A stretch of DNA of 64,000 nt. Origin: Thermoanaerobaculia bacterium. Lineage in GTDB: Bacteria; Acidobacteriota; Thermoanaerobaculia; Multivoradales; UBA5704. The notes under the pieces are model-generated. The model saw nothing but the letters and a program-made list of their open reading frames with translations, searched no databases and was not told where the DNA came from. Made by a program: the position numbers and the translations under genes. Positions 35,109 to 41,856 of the stretch are shown one piece after another (positions within the stretch are counted from its first letter, which is position 1; the number at the start of each line of letters is the position of its first letter). The stretch lies in NCBI GenBank assembly GCA_035266085.1, contig DATFNZ010000183.1, positions 68,707 through 132,706 of the forward strand, read 5' to 3'.

Positions 35109-36761
35109 CTACGGCTCGTCCTGAGGCTCCTCCTCCACCACTCGCGGCTCCAGGCCCCTCAACCAGCTCAACAACTCGATCACCCGCTCCGGCTCCTGGA
35201 GGCGGCTGGCCTGGGCCGCGGCGTGGGAGATCAGCTCCAGGGCCGAGCCGTTCGGCTCGGAATCCTCCGGCAGGCGGGTGACCTCAGGCCGTGCGGCGAG
35301 CGACTGCCGCAGGATGGTCAGGCCGCGGTCGAGGAGCGGGCGGAGGATGGGGCGGTCCAGGAAATCGAAACGGTCGGTCACCAGCTCGTGGAGCACGTGG
35401 GAGAGGTCCTCCAGGATCTCCAGGCTGTCCAGGGCCTCCGGATGGTCCAGGAGATACTGCAGCCACTGCTGAGCGCGATCCTCTTCCCAGGCGTCGAGCT
35501 CCTCCTCCTCGTCGTCAAGAAGCTCGATGTCGTCGAAGTCGACATCTTCCGAGTCGTCCGGCCCGAAGTCCAAAACCTCGGCTTCTTCGTCCTCGTCGTC
35601 CTCATCACTACCCGGGAAGGCCTCGAAGAAAGCTCTGTCCCAGCCCGCCTCCGCACCCAACAGAGACTCGGGCGTCACGAGCCGGCCGGCCCCCGGATCG
35701 CCTGCCATGTCCTCGATGCCGTAGACGGCTCCCGGAGGCCCTGATGGGTCCAACCGGGCCAGCAGATCCCGCAGCCCCTGAAGCCGGACCGCGACCTCCT
35801 TGCCGAAGGAAAACTCGACCTGCGCGGCCTCCGGATCGTGGGCGACCTTGTCGAGGAACTCGAGCCCCTCTTCGGAAATCCTCTCGGGGTTCCGCCGGAA
35901 GCGCTCGCGGAAGAACCGCGCCCGCTCGCCGGCCTCCGGCGTGCGCCCCTCGGCCAGCAGCAGGCTCACCTCCAGGGGCCCCAGCGCCACGCTCTCGGGA
36001 TCGTCCTGCCGGGCCTTGTCGAGCGCCTGCCAGGCCTCTTCCATCTCCCCCTCCACGGCGTGGGACCGGACCAGGCTCTCCCAGAGCACGGCGCGCAGGG
36101 CGGGCTTGAGCTGCCGCGTCAGGCGGTCGACCAGCACCTGCTTCTCCTCGTCAAGCTCCAGCAGGTCGTGGGCCTCGAGCAGCGCGTTCAAGGCCGCGTC
36201 GTCGCGCTCGTCGAGCCGCTCCGCGCTGTGGAACATCGGCCAGACCAGGGCCAGGGCGCGCTCGGCGTCACCCTCGTCGAGGAAGCTGGTGGCGAGATCG
36301 CCGATCAGGATGCGGGGCACCCTGCCCGCCTCCCCCAGCTCTTCCACTTTCTCCAGGGGCAAGCCCTCGATCAGGAAACGCCAGACCCCTTCGGCATCGA
36401 AGGCCGGCACGGCGCCCTCCCACCGGGCGCAGCACTTCTTGTATTTCAGGCCCGAGCCGCAAGAGCAGGGATCGTTCCGCTCCGGACGGGGAATCGGCCT
36501 GGGGCGGTAGCTGTTGCCCGGCAGCGGCACCGCGTTCCAGAGCGCCCGGCCGAGCTCGGTCGCGACGCTCCGCCGAGCCGGCTCGTCCGGCAGCTCCTCG
36601 AAGAGCTCCGGCACGCGCTCGGGCGCCTCCTGCCGCATCCACTCCAGGAACGCCGCGCTATCTTCGGTGCGCAGGGCCTCCCCGATAGCTTCCTTGAGGA
36701 AGTCCACGAAATCTTCGGAGATCTCGTCGTCGTCGCTGTCGTCGTACAGATCGTCGTCCAT
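35109..36761 (-). CDS. Highly acidic helical protein with internal SEC-C metal-binding motif
   Basis: ATG with AAGGTGG upstream. CSCGSGLKYKKCC at about residue 100. Poly-acidic N-terminus and an internal acidic block (DEDDEDEEAEVLDFGPDDSEDVDFDD). Confidence 0.75.
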   Translation of the reverse strand: MDDDLYDDSDDDEISEDFVDFLKEAIGEALRTEDSAAFLEWMRQEAPERVPELFEELPDEPARRSVATELGRALWNAVPLPGNSYRPRPIPRPERNDPCSCGSGLKYKKCCARWEGAVPAFDAEGVWRFLIEGLPLEKVEELGEAGRVPRILIGDLATSFLDEGDAERALALVWPMFHSAERLDERDDAALNALLEAHDLLELDEEKQVLVDRLTRQLKPALRAVLWESLVRSHAVEGEMEEAWQALDKARQDDPESVALGPLEVSLLLAEGRTPEAGERARFFRERFRRNPERISEEGLEFLDKVAHDPEAAQVEFSFGKEVAVRLQGLRDLLARLDPSGPPGAVYGIEDMAGDPGAGRLVTPESLLGAEAGWDRAFFEAFPGSDEDDEDEEAEVLDFGPDDSEDVDFDDIELLDDEEEELDAWEEDRAQQWLQYLLDHPEALDSLEILEDLSHVLHELVTDRFDFLDRPILRPLLDRGLTILRQSLAARPEVTRLPEDSEPNGSALELISHAAAQASRLQEPERVIELLSWLRGLEPRVVEEEPQDEP

Positions 36762-36881
36762 GATGACCCACCTTTCGGTGATATCTTACTTGGAAACGCT
36801 TTCGTGGGCCGCAAAGGAGAGTCGGCAAGCGCCCGAGGCGCGCCGTGCTAGGATGAAGATCGCCGCCACAGGAGACACGCC

Positions 36882-37442
36882 ATGGCTCTCGCCGACCTCC
36901 GCCGCAAGCTCACGTACGAAGATTACGTCCATTTCCCCGACGACGGGAAGCGGCACGAGATCATGGATGGAGAGCACTACGTGAGCCCGGCGCCCCTCTT
37001 GCGGCATCAGCGCATCTCCATGAGGCTGACCGTGCGCCTTATGCCCTTCATCGAGCAGAACGGGTTTGGCGAGCTCTTCGCGGCTCCGGCTGACGTCCTC
37101 CTCTCCCTCCACGACGTTCTGCAGCCCGATCTCTTCTATGTGTCGACGCAGCGAGCCAGGATCGTTACCGAACAAAACGTCCAGGGCGCCCCCGACCTCG
37201 TGATCGAGATCTTCTCTCCCAGCACCCGCCGCGTCGATGAAGGGATCAAGCTGGACCGCTACGATCTCCTTGGAGTCGAGGAGTATTGGATGCTCAATCC
37301 GGTCCTGAACACGGCGAAGATCTACCGCCGGGATGGCAACCGGCTCGTGCTGGTCGCCGAGCTCTCGGCCGTCGCCGGGGACGTCTTCACCACCCCGCTC
37401 CTGCCCGGGCTCGAGATCCCCTTGGCCGAGATCTTTGCCTAG
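36882..37442 (+). CDS. Uma2 (DUF820) family PD-(D/E)xK endonuclease, paralog 1
   Basis: 186 aa. YEDYVHFPDDGKRHEIMDGE...QPDLFYV...APDLVIEIFSPST...KLDRY...GVEEYWMLNP. Confidence 0.85.
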   Translation: MALADLRRKLTYEDYVHFPDDGKRHEIMDGEHYVSPAPLLRHQRISMRLTVRLMPFIEQNGFGELFAAPADVLLSLHDVLQPDLFYVSTQRARIVTEQNVQGAPDLVIEIFSPSTRRVDEGIKLDRYDLLGVEEYWMLNPVLNTAKIYRRDGNRLVLVAELSAVAGDVFTTPLLPGLEIPLAEIFA

Positions 37443-38842
37443 ACCGCCGGCAGGCTGAAACCGAACACCGATCCCCGGCCCACCTCGCTCTCCACCCAGA
37501 CCCGCCCGCCGTGCGCCGCGGCGAGCTGCTTGACGATCGCGAGGCCCAGGCCCGCGCCGCCCGTGGCCCGGCTGCGGGAGACGTCGGTGCGGTAGAAGCG
37601 CTCGAAGAGGAACGGCAGGTGCTCCGGGGGAATCCCCGGTCCGGTGTCCTCCACCGTGACCGCCACCTCGCCTCCCGCCGCCCGGCCCCGAACGCGGATC
37701 GTGCCGCCCGGCGGCGTGTGGGTGATGGCGTTGCCCAGCAGGTTGCGGAGGATCTGCCCGAGCCGCCGGGCGTCAGCGTCGACAGGCGGCAGACCGGACG
37801 GCAGGTCCACCTCGATCCGCAGGTCCGCTTCCTCCAGCCGCGGGCGCAGCGCCTTCACCGCCCTCTCGACCTCTCCGGCGAGATCGAGGGGACCGCGCTC
37901 CAGATCGAGCTGGCCGGCTTCGGCCAGGGCCAGATCCTGGAGATCGTCGATCAGCTTTTCGAGCAGCTCGACCTCCTCGGCGAGGGAGCCGAGGGCTTCC
38001 GGCGTCGGCCGCACGAGGCCATCCTGCAGGCCCTCGATCTGGCAGCGGAGGTTGGTGAGCGGGCTCCGCAGCTCGTGGGCGACGTCGCCCACCAGGTCCC
38101 GCCGCAGACGCTCGGCCGTGGCCCGGCGCTCGGCCATGGCGTTGAAGGCCCGGCCGAGGCCGCCGATCTCGTCCCGGCCGCCCACCGCCACCCGGCTGTC
38201 GAGATCGCCGGCCTCCATCCGCCGCGCCGCCGCCGTCAGCGCCTCGACGGGACGCAGGATACGGCGCGCCAGGGCGAAGGAGAGGAGGAGGCCCGCCGAG
38301 CCGGCGGCCAGGGCGGCCAGCAGCAGCGCCCGGTTGACCCGCCCGAGCAGGGCCGCGGGACCCGGTTGTGCCGCCGGCGACGGGGGCATCGCGATGAGCG
38401 TGCCCAGGGGAGCTCCCTCGGGAGAGGCGAGGGCCCGCCGGTAGGGATCGACCAGCCGCAGCTCTGCCGTTCCCTGCGCCGACCGCCGCTCGACCTGGAG
38501 ACGCCGGCCGCCCTCCTGAACGCGCACGCGCCCATAGGTCCCGGCCGGGCTCGTGGCGGCCACGAACCGGCCCCCGGGGCCCACCAGCAGCAGCTCCCGT
38601 TGCAGCCGCTTGCCCGCGGGCCCGAGGATCCCGTGCGCGCCGGCCCAGGTCCCCCGGCGAAGGTGGTCGGCCGTGAGCGCCGCTCCCAGGGCGTCGAGAT
38701 CGAGCGGCCGCTCCTCGCGGCCCAGAGACTGGTGGAGCTCGACCGAGACCACCCGGCTGGAGAGCAGCGCCACGGCGCCGAGAGCGATCGCCAGCACGGC
38801 CGCCACCATCACCAGCAGGCGGAACCGCAGGCTGTGGATCAA
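37439..38842 (-). CDS. Sensor histidine kinase (TM-HAMP-HisKA-HATPase)
   Basis: Proposed TTG start 38842, in TTGA overlap with the RR stop (alternative ATG 38809). HAMP domain. H-box VAHELRSPLT. N/G boxes NAITHT, DTGPGI and GGAGLGLAIV. Confidence 0.85.
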   Translation of the reverse strand: MIHSLRFRLLVMVAAVLAIALGAVALLSSRVVSVELHQSLGREERPLDLDALGAALTADHLRRGTWAGAHGILGPAGKRLQRELLLVGPGGRFVAATSPAGTYGRVRVQEGGRRLQVERRSAQGTAELRLVDPYRRALASPEGAPLGTLIAMPPSPAAQPGPAALLGRVNRALLLAALAAGSAGLLLSFALARRILRPVEALTAAARRMEAGDLDSRVAVGGRDEIGGLGRAFNAMAERRATAERLRRDLVGDVAHELRSPLTNLRCQIEGLQDGLVRPTPEALGSLAEEVELLEKLIDDLQDLALAEAGQLDLERGPLDLAGEVERAVKALRPRLEEADLRIEVDLPSGLPPVDADARRLGQILRNLLGNAITHTPPGGTIRVRGRAAGGEVAVTVEDTGPGIPPEHLPFLFERFYRTDVSRSRATGGAGLGLAIVKQLAAAHGGRVWVESEVGRGSVFGFSLPAV

Positions 38843-39570
38843 AGGTGCTCTCCCGCGAACCGGTAGCCGATCCCGAACACCGTCTCGATCCAGGGCTCGC
38901 CGCCCGCCGTCCGTGCCCCCAGCTTGCGGCGCAGGTTCTTGACGTGGACGTCCACCGTCCGCTCCATCCCCTCGTAGTCCCACCCGAACGCCCGCTCTAC
39001 CAGCTCGGCCCGGGTGAACGCCCGGCCGGGAGCACGGGCCATGGCTTCCAGGAGCCGGATCTCGTGCCGGGTCAGAGGCACCGGCTGGCCGCGCACCGTC
39101 ACCTCCTGCCGCGCGAGGTCCAGCACCAGATCCCGGAACGGCAAATCGGAAGGTCGGCCGTCCCCGCCCCGATTGTTCCCTTCCCGGTCGTCCCGAAGAG
39201 GAGCCCGGCGCAGCACGGCCCGCACGCGCGCCACCAGCTCGCGGGGGCTGAACGGCTTGGTGACGTAGTCGTCCGCCCCCAGGTCCAGCCCGCGCAGCTT
39301 GTCCTCCTCGGTCGTGCGGGCCGTCAGCAGGATGACCGGCACCGGCGCCTCGGCCTGCAGCGTCCGGCAGACCTCGAGCCCGTCCACTCGCGGGAGCATC
39401 ACGTCGAGCACGATCAGGTCCGGCCGCAGCGTCCGCGCCGCCTCGATCGCCTGCCGGCCGTCGAACACCACCGCCACCTCGAACCCCGCGTTCTCGAGGT
39501 AGAGCCTCACCGCCGCGGAGGTCTTGCGGTCATCTTCCACCACGAGGATGGTGCGGCTGGCGGGCTCCAT
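38839..39570 (-). CDS. OmpR-family response regulator
   Basis: Internal ATG 39570 of ORF 38839..39792. ILVVEDD...DLIVLDVMLP...DDYVTKPF, plus a winged-helix C-terminus (TVDVHVKNLRRKL...GIGYRF). Confidence 0.9.
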   Translation of the reverse strand: MEPASRTILVVEDDRKTSAAVRLYLENAGFEVAVVFDGRQAIEAARTLRPDLIVLDVMLPRVDGLEVCRTLQAEAPVPVILLTARTTEEDKLRGLDLGADDYVTKPFSPRELVARVRAVLRRAPLRDDREGNNRGGDGRPSDLPFRDLVLDLARQEVTVRGQPVPLTRHEIRLLEAMARAPGRAFTRAELVERAFGWDYEGMERTVDVHVKNLRRKLGARTAGGEPWIETVFGIGYRFAGEHL

Positions 39571-39618
39571 GGCGAGCATTATGGCGAGGATTATGGCGAG
39601 GATTATGGCGAGGATTGT
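39571..39618. repeat. 4 x 12-bp tandem repeat abutting the response-regulator start codon
   Basis: Plus strand: GGCGAGCATTAT, GGCGAGGATTAT, GGCGAGGATTAT, GGCGAGGATTGT. On the coding strand this gives ATAATCCTCGCC units ending in ...CATAATGCTCGCC-ATG. Confidence 0.9.
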
Positions 39619-39626
39619 AGAGGTCC

Positions 39627-40694
39627 CTACGGATGCGGACCGCCCGCCTTCACCTTTACCGGCCCGTCCTCGTCCACGAAGCCGAACCACCCGCGCACCT
39701 TCTCGCCGAGCTTCTCCGCCACCGGCGGGTCGTAGTTGGCGAGCACGATCAGCGTGTAGCCGCCATCCATCTGCTCCAGCAGGGCGTTGCACCCCGGGGC
39801 GCCGCCGGCGGCGCCGACGCCGACGATCTTGCGGCCGTCCTTGAAGAGGACGCCGCTCCGTAGTGCGGCATCGAACCGCAGCAGATCGTCCACGGTCGAG
39901 TAGCCGCCGCCCGCCGGGCTGCCCTTGAAGGCCGTCTGGAAGAGATTGTTCCGCAGGCCGTCCCCGCCGCGTTTCGTGTAGCCCACGGCCCGGTTCGGCA
40001 CCGGCTCGTCCAGCCGCCAGGAATCCGTGCTCGCCATCCCCGCGGGCTTGTAGATGTGCTCGCGGACGTAGTCGTAATAGTCCTGTTTGGAAGCGGACTC
40101 GACGATAGCCCCCAGCACCACGTAGCCCGCGTTCGAGTACCTCTGGCCTTTGCCCGTCTCGAACTGGAGAGGCTTGCCCGCGAACAGGGGAAAGAGGTCG
40201 CGGGGCTTCAGGAACCGGTCCTTGGCCGCGGCCGCGAACTCCGAGGTGAAGATGTCGCCGAGCCCGGACCGCATGTCGATGAGCTGGCGAATCGTCACCT
40301 TGGCGGCCACGTCCGGATCCGGATAGTCAGGGATCCATTTGGCGACCGTGTCGTCGAGCGACAGCTTGCCGTTCTCGGCGAGCTGCTCGATCGAGAGACG
40401 GGTGAACATCTTGTTGATCGATCCCAGATTGAGCTTCGTCTCCGGGTTGTTCGGCACCTTGAGGCCGCGGTCGGCCATGCCGTAGGCCTGGCGGAAGATC
40501 GGCTTCCCATCCTTCGCCAGCAGCACCACCCCGGAGAGCTCGTCCGCCGCCGCCTGGGCCGCGAGCTCCTTCTTCAAGGCGGCCACCACCTCCGGCTCCG
40601 TCATCTTCTTCGTTGCGTCCTGAGCCAGGCCAGCCGTCGAGATCATCAGGCCGCCTGCGATCACGGCGGCGGTCCACTTCGAGATTCGGTTCAT
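39627..40694 (-). CDS. Secreted serine hydrolase, beta-lactamase/transpeptidase-like (class C-type motifs)
   Basis: Internal ATG 40694 with GGGAGGAAAG upstream. Signal peptide. SINK (SxxK) and YSN motifs. Confidence 0.8.
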   Translation of the reverse strand: MNRISKWTAAVIAGGLMISTAGLAQDATKKMTEPEVVAALKKELAAQAAADELSGVVLLAKDGKPIFRQAYGMADRGLKVPNNPETKLNLGSINKMFTRLSIEQLAENGKLSLDDTVAKWIPDYPDPDVAAKVTIRQLIDMRSGLGDIFTSEFAAAAKDRFLKPRDLFPLFAGKPLQFETGKGQRYSNAGYVVLGAIVESASKQDYYDYVREHIYKPAGMASTDSWRLDEPVPNRAVGYTKRGGDGLRNNLFQTAFKGSPAGGGYSTVDDLLRFDAALRSGVLFKDGRKIVGVGAAGGAPGCNALLEQMDGGYTLIVLANYDPPVAEKLGEKVRGWFGFVDEDGPVKVKAGGPHP

Positions 40695-40869
40695 GTTCTT
40701 TCCTCCCTGGAAGTTCACGGAAGGAGCGTAGAGGGGAGTTGTGAAGGAGTGATGAAGGGGATGGGGCTGTGCTATGTTCCCTCCCGACGAAACTCGGGAC
40801 TCGCTCAGGCGGAACGTGGGACGGCGGCGGAAGCGCGTGCTAGGATGATATCGCGCAAGGAGGCGCGGC

Positions 40870-41430
40870 ATGGCTCTCCCGGATCTTCCCCTCAAGCTGA
40901 CCTACGACGACTACGTCTTCTTCCCTGAGGACGGGCAGCGCCACGAGATCCTGGACGGAGAGCACTACGTGACCCCGGCGCCCTTTTTGCGGCATCAATC
41001 GATCTGCGTCAACCTGGTCGGGCGGTTCGAGCCTTTCCTGCGCCAGAATCCTCTTGGCAAGATCTTCGTCGCTCCGGCTGACGTCGTCCTCTCCACCTAC
41101 GACGTCGTGCAGCCCGACCTCTTCTATGTATCGAAGCAGCGCGCCAGGATCCTCACCGAGAAAAACGTCCAGGGCGCCCCGGACCTCGTGATCGAGATCC
41201 TGTCGCCCCGCACGCGCCGAATGGACGAGGGAATCAAGCTCGAACGCTACGAACAACTGGGGGTAGACGAGTATTGGATGCTCTATCCCGACCTCAAGAC
41301 CGCGAAGATCTACCGGCGGGACGGCCACCGTTTCGTTCTTGCCGCCGAGCTCTCCGCGGCGGCCGGGGACGCCCTCACCACGCCGCTCCTGCCAGGGTTC
41401 GAGATCCCGCTCGCCGGGATTTTCGCCTAG
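40870..41430 (+). CDS. Uma2 (DUF820) family endonuclease, paralog 2
   Basis: 186 aa, colinear with paralog 1 (136/186 identical by manual alignment). AAGGAGG RBS. Confidence 0.85.
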   Translation: MALPDLPLKLTYDDYVFFPEDGQRHEILDGEHYVTPAPFLRHQSICVNLVGRFEPFLRQNPLGKIFVAPADVVLSTYDVVQPDLFYVSKQRARILTEKNVQGAPDLVIEILSPRTRRMDEGIKLERYEQLGVDEYWMLYPDLKTAKIYRRDGHRFVLAAELSAAAGDALTTPLLPGFEIPLAGIFA

Positions 41431-41444
41431 GAGTTACCGGTTTT

Positions 41445-41663
41445 CGCCCCGAAAGGGGCCCAATTTGAATAGCCCGGTGCTTTAGCGCCGGGTAAGAAGG
41501 GCCATCGCTTTTCCTCCGCCCCGAAGGGCCGGTACCAACTTTCCGCTGTTTGAGTGGACGCCACCAAGAGGCACCGCCCCCAGGGGGGCGGATGGAAGAG
41601 ATGGAAAATGCCTTCCCGGCGCTAAAGCGCCGGGCTATTCAAATTGAGCCCCTTCAGGGCCGA
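41445..41663. repeat. ~220-nt hairpin element (family B) with sub-hairpins in each arm
   Basis: Arms GGGGCCCAATTTGAATAGCCCGGTGCTTTAGCGCCGGG... (41452-41503) and ...CCCGGCGCTAAAGCGCCGGGCTATTCAAATTGAGCCCC (41613-41655). Central CCGCCCCC-AGG-GGGGCGG hairpin. Confidence 0.8.
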
Positions 41664-41856
41664 ACGGCTGGCGACGGATCACCAAGCCCCTCAACCAGCC
41701 GGCGCTGTTTGTCCCGCATAACCTGCCGGCGCGCTTCATCTTCCGAGTCTGACAACTCGTCGCAAGCATGGTTAATGGCTTCAAGAAGAGCTTGGCCTTC
41801 AGAAGGCTGAAACAACTCGTCCGCCCCCTGGCGAGGCGTCGATCTTTCTCTCCCCG

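Noticed and set aside
41445-41663. tRNA-like or T-loop-like sequence (GCTATTCAAATTGAGCCCC)
   Set aside because: No cloverleaf can be drawn. There is no acceptor stem and no GTTCGAATC-type T-arm with a matching D-arm. The sequence is one arm of a 55-nt inverted repeat.
41664-41856. Small minus-strand ORF ending ...RRQVMRDKQRRLVEGLGDPSPAVRP as a live antitoxin gene
   Set aside because: It has no ATG and no convincing RBS. Its frame is continuous with a shadow ORF over the EAL gene, and its tail runs into the hairpin element. It is treated only as a possible remnant.
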